64,000 nucleotides of DNA. It comes from the human T2T-CHM13v2.0 reference genome, Homo sapiens. This document shows positions 13,521 to 28,008 of the stretch, one piece after another. Under the pieces are notes generated by a model. It did no database searches. It had not been told where the DNA came from and saw nothing but the letters and a program-made list of their open reading frames with translations. The DNA is taken from NCBI RefSeq assembly GCF_009914755.1, contig NC_060936.1; one strand, 5' to 3'. Every line of letters starts with the position of its first letter. Position 1 is the stretch's first letter. Made by a program: the position numbers and the translations under genes.

Positions 13521-14193
13521 TGGAGACACAGCATAGATTAAAAGTGAAGTTTTGGCACTAAGTTATTCTGAAGTAGATACCTGAAGGTATCTCTGTGGTC
13601 TTCATGACTGTGTCTGCCTACATTATTATTCAAATAATGTGGTTACTGTTCTAGTCTCACTTCATTTTATATTGAATAGACATATCTATGATATAAATAT
13701 CTATTAATTCAAAGAAAACAATATCTTGTTTTAATTATTAAAATGTTAATTTAATTATAAAATTAATACATACTTATACTAAAGTTTTCAAATAATGCAG
13801 AAGGAAGCAAATGAAAAAGAAAGCCCTCTTCCCCTAGTTCTTCCCGCCTCCTGATTTTCTGGCTCTGCTTCTCACAGCTCACCACAATTTGGGTTATGTA
13901 CCCTTCTTTCAATTGCCCACGCACTTACAAAGACAAATATAAATTGGATCATAAAATTTCATATAGTTTTGCAACTTTTTCCCTACTTTACATTATATAT
14001 TGGAAAATTTGTCTTATTAGAACAACAATGTGGATTTCATAATTAAATGCACAATTATATATATATGTTAATAGATATTTATTTCCAATTCTTTTTGCTA
14101 TTACCAACAATGTTGCCATGGAAAGTCTTCTACTGTATATTTGTTTATTCATGCAAATGTATCTGTACGAACATAATATAAGTTTCTCCTATA

Positions 14194-14483
14194 GACCAGG
14201 TGCAGTGGCTCTCACCTTTACTCCCAGCACTTTGGGAGGCTGAGGCGGGCAGATTGCATGAGCCCAGGAGTTTGAGACCAGCCAAGGGAACATGGCAAAA
14301 GCCCATCTCTACAAAAAATACAAAAATTCGCTGGGCATGGTGGTGTGTTCCTGTAGTTCCAGCCACCTGGGAGGCTGAGTGGGAAGATCGCTGGAGCCTA
14401 GGGAGGTTGAGGCTACAGTGAGCCGTGATCACGCTACTGCACTCCAGCCTTGGTGACAGAGTGAGACCCTGTCTCCAAAAAAA
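14194..14483 (+). mobile_element. Alu (AluJ-like) with TSD
   Basis: Dimeric Alu with aagtttct(c/t)ctata on both sides. Confidence 0.93.
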
Positions 14484-14545
14484 GTTTCTTCTATATATTG
14501 AGTATGCCAAAATAATTTTTTTTTTTGTTATTTAAGACATTACGA

Positions 14546-15624
14546 TATCAGGGAACCTGCCCCGATAGTCATGTAGGTTCTTTTCTATTTTCCCTAAGCA
14601 TCGGCTGGTTTGAGAAATAAAGGGACAGAGTACAAAAGAGAGAAATTTTAAAGCTGGGCGTCCGGGGGAGATATCACATGTCAGTAGGTTCTGTGATGCC
14701 CCACAAGCCGTAAAACCAGCAAGTTTTTATTAGGGAGTTTCAAAAGGGGAGGGAGTATACGAACAGGGTATGGGTCACAGACATCAAGTACTTCACAAGG
14801 TAATAGAATATCACAAGGCAAATGGAGGCAGGGTGAAATCACGAGACCACAGGACTACAGGACCGGGGCAAAGTTAAAATTGCTAATGAAGTTTCCGGCA
14901 CCATTGTCATTGATAACATCTTATCAGGAGACAGGGTTTTGAGAGCAACCGGTCTGACCAAAATTTATTAGGTGGGAATTTCTTCTTCCCAATAAGCCTG
15001 GGAGCGCTATGCAAGACTGGGGTCTATTTCACCCCTACAGTCTACAGACCATAACAGATGGCCACGCCCAGGGGGGCCAGTTCAGAGACCCACCCCCAGG
15101 CGCGTATTCTCTTTCCCAGGGATGTTCCTTGCTGAGAAAAAGAATTCAGCGATATTTCTCCCATTTGCTTTTGAAAGAAGAGAAATATGGCTCTGCTCCG
15201 CCCGGCTCACTGGTGGTCAGAGTTTAAGGTTCTCTGTCTTGTTCCCTGAACATTGCTGTTTTCCTGTTCTTTCTTCAAGGTGCCCAGATTTCATATTGTT
15301 CAAACACAGGTACTCTACAATTTGTGCAGTTAATGCAATTATCATAGGGTCCTGAGGCGACATACATCCTTCTCAGCTGACAGGATTAAGAGATTAAAGT
15401 AAAGACAGGCATAGGAAATCACAAGGGTATTGATTGGGGAAGTGATAAGTGTCCATGAAATCTTTACAATTTATGTTTAGAGATTGCAGTAAAGACAGGC
15501 ATAAGAAATTATAAAAGTATTAATTTGGGGGACTAATAAATGTCCATGAAATCTTCACAATCCAGGTTCTTCTGCCAAGGCTTCAGCCGGTCCCTCCGTT
15601 TGGGGTCCCTGACTTCCCGCAACC
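14546..15624 (-). mobile_element. MER11 (HERV-K11/HML-8) solo LTR, ~1.08 kb, same orientation as PTPRR
   Basis: Minus strand starts GTTGCGGGAAGTCAGGGACCCCAAACGGAGGGACCGGCTGAAGCC (MER11 5' end). Internal taaagacaggcata repeats at ~15400 and ~15490. Flanks ttacga/ttacat resemble a decayed TSD. Confidence 0.88.
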
Positions 15625-16191
15625 TTACATAAAGCAGCCTCTTTACCTCTTTTATCTATCAGCTTCTAAGTGTTTATAACAGGATAAAATCATTAAAATA
15701 CTGGAATTCTAGACATGCTAGAAAACACTCAGATTGGGTCCACTATATATGTACTCTAACTTTATCTCCCATTTTTGGGTAGAATTGTTAATAATTTTCA
15801 ATTTTTTTCTATTGTCTGTCTTCTAAGTAAAAAAAAAAAAAAAGTTTGCCTCTAATGAAATTTATGTATTTGTAAATTATATACATGTACTATTATACTT
15901 ATGTATTATGCAAATTATGAAATATTTACAAAATTTGAAGTAGGAAAGGGCAAGATAAATGTACTTTTTTTGTAATATATATGTTTTACACCCTAATGGA
16001 TCATTTTACACATTTCTTGGGATGCACATGCCCCACTTTGAGACCACTCTCTCAATTATCTAGACTTACATAGGTAATGGTAACTTTTTTCAGCCACTTT
16101 GGATATACAAGACAGTAAGCACCTAGGACCTATGGTATCTACCATATCAGCTACAAGTACTATTCATCAAAGATTATTTAAAATAGCATTT

Positions 16192-16350
16192 TGCTGGGCG
16201 TGGTGGCTCATGGCTGTAATACCAGCTACTTGGAAGGCTGAGGCAGGAAGGATCACTTGAGCCCAGGAGTTCAAGGCTGCAGTGAGCTATAATTGTGCCA
16301 CTGCACTCTAGCCTGGGGACAGAACAAGTCCCTGTCCCATAAAATAAAAT
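16192..16350 (+). mobile_element. Alu monomer (FLAM/FRAM/FAM-like)
   Basis: Single Alu arm with short A tail. Confidence 0.85.
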
Positions 16351-17737
16351 CATTTTGTGTATCACAGAAGACACTTCAGTCTTCCCTATAGATATGCAAC
16401 TGGTAATCATTAAGTTCTCACTGCAAGAATATATCATCCAAATCACTACTATAACCATAAAGACAAAATTAAAATGTTCTAAACTTACTATATTCAACAT
16501 TTCTCTCAGGCAGATGGCAGTGAAGAATATGTAAAAACAGACTTTTAAACAACGGCTACAAGAATATTCTTTGTTTCTCTAACATACTATTCTTCCTCAG
16601 GTATTGTTTTATGAGTTAATTCATTATTTCTTTTCATCAGAGATCTTTTAATATAAAAATCATAATATTTATCTGGACAACTCTTAATTTCTGATACTCA
16701 ATAATGACATTTTTATTATATCTCCAATATATGTTTCTGTGAATGACATAATAATGAACACAGAAAATCTTTAAAAACATTGAGCACTAACATTCTTTTC
16801 AAATAAAGAGAGAGTGTTAGGTGAGAATAACTTCTGATACCAGCTAACTCTGTCATCTTAGCATATTAAGCTGTCCTAAGCTATACCAGTGACATTTCAT
16901 TCTGAAAATGATCATTTCTGATGAAAATGAACTCAAGAAATACACAAATGAGTCTAAGTACTGAAAGACTCTAACAAAGGATTACAAGGGATAGGGTCAC
17001 CAAATTGAGCAAACACAAGCACAAGACTCGCCCCAGTTAGATTTTGAAAAATAGCTCTATCACATTTTTGTAATTTAATGAAAAAATGCTTAGTACAGGA
17101 CATGCAGCACATCCTGACAAAGTCAATACAAGACACAGGACAAAATTGTTAAATACAGAACATGTCCCATATCTACAGAATGCCTGGCTAACCTAACAAG
17201 ATGGAACACAATTGACCTAATTTTAATTTCTTCCATGCATCCGGGCATTTCCTGTGTGCATGACAGGGATTTGTAGGTGTGAAAAGGAAAATAAGAATGA
17301 AATACAAAGGAGTTTCCAAACTGACTAGAAATGAATTATTTCTTCTGTTTATCATAATGTTTTGCATTGATTCCAAAGGAAAAAAAATAGTATTTGCTTT
17401 TATTACATATTAAACAATTATCATATAAAACCTGATAATTGGTCAGTAATTTTCCTGTAATAATGCTTATTGATTTCTGGCATGAATAGGCATCTATGCT
17501 AAGAAAAGAAAAATACAATCTTCTTTTTAAAAATACTATACAGCCATGGTATTTGAAAAGTCTCTCAAATACTAACTGTCTGAATCAGGATAAAATGACT
17601 TTTAGAAAACCCATTACTTTGATTTAAATGTTATATTTTTTATAGAATTGGAATTGCTTCTTGTCTGCCGAACATTTGAGACAACAAAGTATTGTATAGA
17701 TTTAACACTGGAAGCTATACTTCTAAGAGAGATTTAA

Positions 17738-18055
<318 letters not shown>

Positions 18056-19487
18056 GGTCCACTGTTTTAAACACAAATACACACCTTTTTTGTGTCTTAC
18101 CATTCAGGGTTGAATATTTGGTGGAATGTTTTAAAGAGTTAGATGTTACATTAATCCTTTGTATTTTATGTGAAGAAAATGTATTCATGCTAAAAATAGT
18201 TTTCAACAATTTAAATATTTTGAGTGTGTATATTGTAGATGAGGTGAAATGTTTACAAAACAAGGATTCAATTATAATGGGGAAATACTAGAAGAATACA
18301 TAAATTTACAGATTGAAACATATTTATACCATTTTGCACATGCTTGAAATATTGTGTAAAACAATTTGAAGATAAGTCCTTTGGACTTTTTTGCTTTCGT
18401 ATGTCTGAATTATCAATACGCACATTTTCCACCAATAATTCTCCATGTCAGATGAGGACATTCGGAGAAGTGTGAATGAGATAAAAACGAGGTGCTTAAG
18501 ACATTCTGTTCAAACGGATAGAGTTCATTTACTGAATACTCCTGACCGGTTCCTGGAGTTCAGATCCACACCTAACAAATTCCCAAAGTTCTTCAGACCT
18601 CAGCAAGTCAAAATACGCTACGGAAATCATTTTTGACAAGAACTCTCGGGCTAAGCTTTAAGTAATCAGTATCTGGTTAGGACAGGAATCACCCAGTATC
18701 CTGTGGAGGAAAACAGCCGACATGAAGGCCATTTCAGCTTTCCCTCTTCTAATCATGCTTTCTAACCTACTGCCAATTCGCTCCTAGGCTGTCCTCGACA
18801 AGGCATGCCGTAGGATTACGGGAACCCAAAGTTCACGAATGCAAACTTCACGAGGCTGCCCGGCCCCATCCTTTCCAGAAGATCATATCTACAGCAAAAC
18901 GGTGCTTTATCCTAGAAATCCCTTTTCAATCCAAATCCTAATGGAACTCCTTGACAACCCCTTGACTAAATTACATTAGTAATATAGTTCCTAACAATTT
19001 CCTTTGTTAGGAAGGGGAGCAAAAGGGCAAAAAAAAATCATTTTTTTAAAAAAATAATGAAAATTGCAAAGGCTTAAACACTGAAAGAATTGCTTGCCTC
19101 TACAACAAATCTGTATCATTACTAACAAGCGATAAAAGGCCTTCCGATGGATACCAAATGAGAACCTTCCAGAGGGCCACGGGCGCCCAGCTGGAAACCC
19201 CTGCTAAGAGCATCTGCAGTCTGAACCCACAGTGACTGCGCGTCTTCTCTGGATGCCATTAACAGACCTCTGCGAAGGGAGGCTTCGGCTGCTCCACGTC
19301 AGCTTTAGGATTGGTACGTGGCCCTTTCTTTGTTTATCTGATTTGCCTTTAAATCTTACAATGGCAACAAGTGTCTCAAGTAGGATTGTTGAGGACAGAG
19401 AAACAATGCTCAAATGTCCTTTGAACAAAACCAAGAGCCCACCCTGCCGACGACCCTGAAACCTCTCCTGTCTGTAAGTGGCGCACA

Positions 19488-19506
19488 AGCGCCACCTGGA
19501 GGGTGC
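19488..19506 (-). promoter_or_regulatory. Candidate CTCF site
   Basis: Minus strand CCTCCAGGTGGCGC fits the CTCF core CC(A/T/G)(C/G)(C/T)AG(G/A)(G/T)GGC(G/A)C, inside a CpG-retaining unique block. Confidence 0.6.
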
Positions 19507-19689
19507 AAGGCGCAACCATCGCTCTTCTCAAAGTGGAATTGGTCTGTGTTAGGCTGAAGAGATTATTTTATTTTAAAATGCTTCCATTCCTCCACTGAAA
19601 AAATTTAATATAGTCTAATTATGAATATGGAGAAGGTGGAAAAAGAAAAATCCTCGGGTGCCTTAGTCATTAGGGGAAGCAGGAAATAG

Positions 19690-19930
19690 AAACAAGCGTG
19701 AGATCTGGGGGCACATTACCTGGGCTCGAATCCTATCTCTGCAGTAATGTACTCTGCGACCATGGAAATGTACTTGAATGCCTGTGTCTCCGTTTCCTTA
19801 TCATTAAATTTGAGATGATATAATTTACCCACCTGAGGTGGATATGAGGAGGAAATGATTTTATATATCTGTGATGCATCTTGTACAGTACCTGGCATAT
19901 AGCAACTGCTCCACAAATGTTAGGTATAGG
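19690..19930 (+). mobile_element. MIR SINE fragment
   Basis: acctgggctcgaatcc...tccgtttccttatc...acagtacctggcatatag resembles the MIR core. Confidence 0.7.
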
Positions 19931-19999
19931 CATAGACTTACCAAGTCTTTTCCAGTTTTTTCCTCTCTATGTAGAGGTATTGCTCTGTTACCCTGGTAA

Positions 20000-20272
<273 letters not shown>

Positions 20273-23200
20273 AGGTACATTTTTCTTATTGGTACTACCA
20301 CTAGGCCCTAGGATATTATCCTATATTTGAATATGCTTGATACATAATCTTATTTCACCCCACTCCCTCATCTTCGACTCCAATAACTTTTTCTATTTGG
20401 TTTCAGATTAAAGCTCAGATTTGGTTCTTCACTGAATAGGGTTTGCCTATATAGAGGTGCTCCTTAACAGCACTGCTTTCTAGTATAAGCATGTCAACAC
20501 AGGTTTAGTTATTTAAAATGCATATCTTATATAAACCAGATAATCCACAAAAACACTCGTGCCATATTCCCCTAAAAGAAATGTGTTGCAGGCATATACC
20601 CATTGTTACTTCTCTTGCTTGGAAGTCCTGCAAAAGCTCTTACTTACACATGGTACTGCCAAATATCCTAAAGTTCTCCAGTTAGAAATAGGTTAGAAAT
20701 ATACCGAGGAGTTAGAAATATACTGAGGAGAACCAAGAGAACAGTTTTGATTAGAGTCTGAGTCAGTCAACATTGCACATATATAAAACTTCTGTCTAAG
20801 AATAGGTAATTTATCTATCCTGGCAGAGCATTTCATGAGGGGCACCGCTATTGTGAATAACAATGGACAGCCACCTCCCTTGGGCACAACCCTTTCCTCG
20901 GCTGATGGAACAGCAGGTGGAAAGAAGAGCAGGCACACGGTGGATAGCTCCTGTCCAAATAGATTATCACACAAATCAAAAGGTGGACTATTGTGGGGGA
21001 GGAATTATAAAATATATTTCAACACATTTTAGGTATTTGGCAGGATTCTGTTTGGGTTCACCATCAGCTTTCTTATAGGGCCTTGGCAAATGCAGTTTCC
21101 CTGACTGCTTAGAAATATTTATGATCTTGGGCTTTTTTCTACTAGGCAAAACTGGAATTATGAATTCTGCACAGTATAGGATTCATAACACCGCAAACTT
21201 TTCTAGCCCGTTTAATCTTTATTTCACAGGCCTAGCTTTTCTATGGAAGATACCGTAGTGAACAAATAAACAAAGTGGATTGAAATTCGCCCTGCTAATA
21301 TATCCAGGAAAGGAATCGTTGGGAGGATAGTTGGATGATTATTGGAACTGGCAGGTCAGTGAGGGCAGCAGACTCTCAAAGAGCATGAACATGCTGACCA
21401 ATTCATTAGAGACTCTACAGCCCAAATTGACCCCAATTTAAAATGTATCCAAATTTTGGCATGGGAAGTATTGTATTAAGAAATAAGAACAAACTAGCAG
21501 AGTTTGTTTTCAAAATGAGGGAGGCATAGATGAAAAATGGCTAAAGGCTTTTTTACCCTTTGAAAAATCTGTCCCGGCTATGCGCCCCCCGTGGACGCTT
21601 CCTTTCCCACCCACTCCTTTCCTGCTTTCTTACTACCAGAACCCAGGGTCCTTTTAGGTCTTGTGCCTAGGACTTGCAAATGCCTCGGGTGAATAAGAAT
21701 GCTTTTCCTGTGTAAGAGCACAAGACATTTTAGGAACAGGAAAAGCCTATCCGGTCCAACATACCTGCCCTTTTTAGGTTTATCTAAATCCCACCTTCCT
21801 GCATTGTTACCTTCCTTCATCTTCCTATATAGAGATAACATTTCTTGTATGTTTCTCATGATCTCTCCTGTCACTAGACCTGATAAAATTAGACCTATAT
21901 TTTAGTACCACTCTCGTTAAAACAAATGATTTCTGAAAAGAGTTCGCAAGGCTAGTAAACAGTTTGTAATTTTTCTTTTTTAAGAGTCATAAACCATGAG
22001 TTTGAAAGAGGAGACTCCAAAGAAGCTTGACTTGGAGGGACGCGGAGGTCATCCGGCTTGACTTTGTGCTTAGCTTTTATTTATGAGTTATCTTATTTGC
22101 CAGAATCTGGGTACCAACATTTTCTCTCAGAGTGTTCAGTGACGAGGGATATGTTTATTTGGGATAAGACTCATTATGAAGAAAATATGCAGGTGGCTAA
22201 AGATTAATTACAAGCAGCAGAGGCCTGTTAAAAAGCTTAACATTCTCTGAGCCCTTCCTTGCCCCCTGTTTCACAGTTCATATCTGGAATTTACAATAGA
22301 GTGAGGTAAGCCACCCGCCGTCATAAAGAAGGTGAGATATTTATTGAACAGATGTTTCATTACTCAAGAAAATTCACATTTTCAAGTAAAAAGCCAAAAG
22401 ATGGGCCTTCCACCCAAGTCCCTGAAAAAGATTCTTGGCAGCATTTATATTTAGTGCCTACAAGTTTTACGCACTGAGTTTTTACTGTTTAGATGTGCGG
22501 GTCAACAAATCACTGAGAAGACACCAAAACTGTCTGCCAGATGTCGACCACTGATTAATTTGTCTTAAGTTCAGCCAAAAGGGAAGAAAATATGATGGGT
22601 GGAGCATGAACAGCAAGCACAATCAACATCTGACCAACCAGGGTTTCCTGTCACCTTGGGAACAAAATTGATTGGCACTGGTTTCCTGTGTACAAGTTAA
22701 AAACCAGTAGCAACTGCAGTAACAAGAATAAACTACAGATAAGAGACTTGGAAATTAAATCAAGGCACATCACCAAAATTTCAGCTTGCAACCCTAAGCA
22801 GAAAAGTTCCAAGAGAACTTTTTGAGGGCTTTTTTTTTTCCCCTTTTAAGCTATTTTGTATGTAAACTTAATTTTTCTAATTTTGCCACTTCTGGCAATC
22901 TGAAATCATTAAAAAGGACACAATTCAAATTTATGTTAGAGGTCATAAATTTTGCCCAGGACTCAATATTTTCTCATTTTTCCAAAGATAAAATCTTATT
23001 TATGCATTATAGCGACTTGGTTTTCACTTTATCTTGAATTATAGCTTTTAAGAGGCAGAAAGAATCCTTTTTATAAGGACAGTCTCAAGTGTACACACAG
23101 ATTAAATATTACAAATATAGGTTGCAAATAAAACTTTCAAAATGTGGGATTATAGGAAGCAAAAGAGAACCAACCAAAGCATCAACAAATTTACCTTTTT

Positions 23201-23747
23201 GTTTTTTTTAAAGATTTTTCTTATTTCCTTAGCTGCTTTTGCATTAGCATTAAATAACATTCTTATTGGAGTGGTATGTGCATGGCCCAACTCAATTTTA
23301 TTTGCTTTTAGTGTGAATCTGAAGTTTTATTTTTTATTGCTTTATTCATTTATTTACAGAAACTTGTTAAGCACCTAAATATGTAGAGGCATGTCTATAA
23401 ATTAAGGAGCATGGCAATTTGCTCTTTATTTTTAAAAATTCACAGTGAGAGACTCCCCAAAATTAGACAAACACACAAAAAAAGATACAGATTTTTGAGG
23501 AAGAATGAAATAGGAGAGCAAAATGTTTGCAAAATATGCTTTCTTTGATAGTCTAAGTTGGAAGTTGTAAAAAATGACCATTTTGGTTATAAGAGGTTTT
23601 TTAAGTTACTTCATATCCTTTCATTCTATTCTTCCAATTTCAGAATCACTTCCAAAATGTATTCATTCATTTTATAAGTGTATATAAATTGCAAAATACT
23701 CCTCATACTGAATTTTAGAATTCATGCTACTTCTGCTGTCACTACCA

Positions 23748-24000
23748 GTATAGTGGTTAAGAGTGGATTATGGAGCCAGACTGCCGGGGGTTCAAATTCA
23801 GGTTCTACCCTTTAAGACTGTGTCACCTTGGGCAACTTAACCTGTATGTGCCCAGTTTTCTCATCTGTAAAATGGGGATACAACTTGTGCACGTGCTTCA
23901 CTGGAATTCTATGAGGCTTAATTGAGATAATATGTGTGAAACACAACAGGGCTTGATAACGTAATAAATGCAACAGTGTAACTCTTAACTGGTATTATTA
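23748..24000 (+). mobile_element. MIR SINE
   Basis: tagtggttaagag...tcaccttgggcaacttaacc...ctcatctgtaaaatggggata. Confidence 0.8.
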
Positions 24001-25799
24001 ATGTTTTTTATTACTACTGCACTGCTATTGCTGCTGTTTCTGCTACCAAGACACCTTCAGTGCTACTGCTACCCTTGTTGCAGCTTCCTCTGTGTTTCTG
24101 GCCATTGTAGTGATATATTCTCAGGTTGTTGCTATTACTGACCCCTATTGGTAGTTACCACTGCTACTGCTACTGTTACAAGTAGTGTTGGTGCGTGCTC
24201 CTGCTGCAATTGCTATCATTGCTGTTACTATTATTAGCAGTTACTAGAGGTGTAGTGTGTGTATATATATGTATGTGTATGTAAGTCTGGATATATATAT
24301 ATACACACACACACACATATATATATTTATATAATGTTAATGGTGGCTATTTTGGTGGTGCAACTGGCTAGGAAATAATCTTTATTTTTGTTTTTGCTTA
24401 AATATGCTTTCAAAATTTCTATAAGATGTGTTATTTGCACAGTTCATTTAAAATTAAAAATATTAATAAGGGCTGGAGAAATATTGAAATCTCATATTCG
24501 TCAATATTTTGTACTGCCTCATGGCCTATTCCACCTTCCTGAGAAAGAAAGGGTGTTGAGTGCACCCTGCCCCGGTATGAGAAGGGCATCTTATATTATA
24601 TCCTCCTATTATAAAATAAGCATGAAGAGACAGGGCTGGGAGACATGATTTATTTGCCATCTAGCTATGTACTAAGAGCATACGAGACATTCAGTCACTG
24701 ACTGATTTTGTTATTTTTATCTCATGTCAAAATTTTCCTCACTTATCTTTATGTTTAAGAAGAAATATTTTTGATAAGAGGAGAGATTTTTGTATGTTTT
24801 AGCCAAACTATTCTCAGGAGAATGCCCTTGGGTTGGCCCATAGCTCAATTGTGAACAATTACCCTGACATTATCCTGAAAACAATCCCACAAGTTCTACT
24901 AAGAATAAATAAAGCACAATAGAATAAAATTATCCACCAAATCTAGGAAAAGCAGCTATATTTTAGCCAGGAAATAGAAGTCCCCCCACCTCCCCAATGT
25001 ATTAAGTTCTTGTACTTCTGTCAGCAAAGAATTTAGCACATGGAAAAATTCAGATTCTCCAGTTATTGATTTGGGGACTGATTATTAGGGGGAAAAAGTA
25101 CCGAGAGCCAACTTAGGTGAGTTGTTGTACCCTGACAATTGTCCTTGTGGTACAAATGGTTTTAATAGAACAGAGAAAATGGGGGAAAAGAATTAAAAAA
25201 AATTAGAATTGGTTATTTCTTTAGAGTAATGGTAAAACATCCCTTAGTCTATTTATTTTTTACCTTTACCAAGTGTTACAAAATTTTAAACGTCAAAGAG
25301 TTAAATATCTGGCTCTCTGAGACATACAGGCCAATATTTCTAGACTCTGTCAAATTCTAGGATGAATGCACAGCCCTGGTTGAAGGTAAATTCAATGATG
25401 TGTCTCTCTTCGCTAAGGAGGGACATTACTGCGCCTGTTGAACCCTAAATAGTAAAATCATTGTCAATACTATTGCTTATAATGTACACATCATAGATAG
25501 ATGATGATCACAAGTGATATTTTTCAACATCTTCTTTGTATGACATTACCCAGAAGATCCAAGCTAAAACCCAGTAAAGAATGATGCTTTTTTTTTTTGC
25601 AGTCTGCTTTATGTTTTTGCAAAACATTTTACATTACACTTGTAAAATATATACATATGTATATATTTTAGTCAACTTAATTCAAGAAAATTATACAAAA
25701 AATCTAATTTAATGCAACAAAAACCTATCATATGCCCAGTTTTTAGGGCAAAATCAGGCTTAAAATTTGGGTAGAAATTTAAGGCCCTAGAAATGTATG

Positions 25800-26040
25800 T
25801 ACAGTGGTTGACAATTTGGGGTCTGGAGCCAGGCCACCTGTATTCTATATTTATTGCACACCTCTCATGGCCAATTGGATGCCCTTGAGCAAGTGACATA
25901 ACCTCCTGCAGCCATGGTTTTCCTTTCTGTAAAATGGGGAAAATAATGATAGGGTAGTTTTGACTCTTATGAGTTATACATGTAAAGTATTTATAACAGT
26001 GCCTGGAATGTAGTAAGTGCTTGATAAATGTTATCTGTTA
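25800..26040 (+). mobile_element. MIR SINE
   Basis: ccttgagcaagtgacataacctc...ctgtaaaatgggg...acagtgcctggaatgtagtaagtgct. Confidence 0.8.
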
Positions 26041-26071
26041 TCAGTATCATCATGGGATAGTCTGCATTTAA

Positions 26072-26368
<297 letters not shown>

Positions 26369-27624
26369 GCATTTACAAAATGCATTTCTTCCTACTTATT
26401 CCCATTTTTTTCTCTCCAATATTTCTAAGATTTGTATATTTACGCAGGGGATGGCTAGGGGAGAGAAGGGGGAAAGTGGAATAAGCTTTTGGAATTTGGA
26501 AGAAAGAACATGTATGTTAAAATTCCTATCTAGTATTAAACATAAGTCACATATTCATTATTGTGTATTTGATCATGTACAGCATATATTGTCAGACTTC
26601 GGTATCGTGGAAGAAGAAATCTTGAAATTGTCTCACAAATTTTAAGGGTTTTGTGCTGTCATGGAAGGATCCTAATTGGATGGAACTAAGTTTTGGTTCC
26701 TAGTCCCGATTTTTTTTTTTCTCTCTCAGCAAATTAAAACACTCAGGCACTTATTAATTCAAATGTCCTCATGGACAGAGGTTTTTGCTAAACAACTATT
26801 GCTTTCTCTGGGAAACTATAGTAGTTTCCAGAAAAGGGATTGATTGAAGACCTTAATTATAAAGATAAGGTAAAACACAGCCTTTAAAATGGGTTATAAG
26901 AATTAAAAAAACCAGAATTAACTTCTAAGCATAAATGTACATAACTTATGAGTTAATTTGTTAAAAAATTATCAAAGAAAAATTCATAAAAGAAGCTATC
27001 AGATACTTTTGTATTGTGATCAGGTTTTCCAAGTGGCCAGTAAAAAGTGTGTCTGAGAGTATTTTCTAGAAAGAATTGAAAATTTTATATTAGTTATGAA
27101 CAGCCCTGGGAAACTCTAAAGATGTCTTGGATACATTGAGGGGAATGATAGGTGGCAGAGAATACTGCCTAGCTACATCACTGCACCAATAGAGGACTCA
27201 GACCCAGAGTCTCATAGAAAAATGCATCCAAACGGCACAGAATGGCCAAAACGTGAGAAAGACACATGTACTTGAACATCACATGATCTACTTCACCCTC
27301 AGGTCTTTGATTTCACTTGAACATGTTTAGCCCGAGCAGACTGTCTGAGTAAACAACTGTATCAGTGGTAATCAAACTCTTTTCAAAGCTGGGGGCTCTT
27401 GGTTAAGAAAGAAAATAAGATCATACCTGTAAGTCTAATAATCAAAACAAGTGCATGCAGAGCTCAGCTCATTGAGGCATCAGAGAAGGGCCCAGGCCCC
27501 ACTAGCCTACCTCTTCCCTAAGGCCCCATAGAGCATAATTGAAAAGTACTGATTTATCAAAATGTGAAATAATCCATAGCTAGCCATGAATCCAGCTACA
27601 GTTCTATTGTTGAATAACCCAATA

Positions 27625-28008
27625 CAGGTTGAGTATCCCTGTATCCCTTATCCGAAATGCTTGGGACCAGAAGTGTTTCAGATTTTGGATTTTTTTTTTT
27701 TCAGATTTTGGAATATTTGCCATATATATATACAGAGCTCAGCTCATTGAGGCATCAGAGAAGGGCCCAGGCCCCTTCTCTGATCTCTCTCTCTCTCTCT
27801 GTCTCTAGATATATATATATGGCAAATATTCCAAAATCTGAAAAAAAAACAAAAAATCCAAAATCTGAAACACTTCTGGTCCCAAGCATTTCGGATAAGG
27901 GATACAGGGATACTCAACCTGTACTGGGTTATTCAATTATATATATATACATATATGTGTGTATATATATATATATATATGTATGTATATGGCAAATATT
28001 CCAAAATC

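Noticed and set aside
17157-17168. p53-like half-site GAACATGTCC
   Set aside because: It is a single decamer with no adjacent second half-site and probably lies within an old hAT-like fossil.
21578-21600. GC-rich tgcgccccccgtggacgc as a third CTCF site
   Set aside because: It aligns to the CTCF core only with a gap or several mismatches and lacks the central AG.
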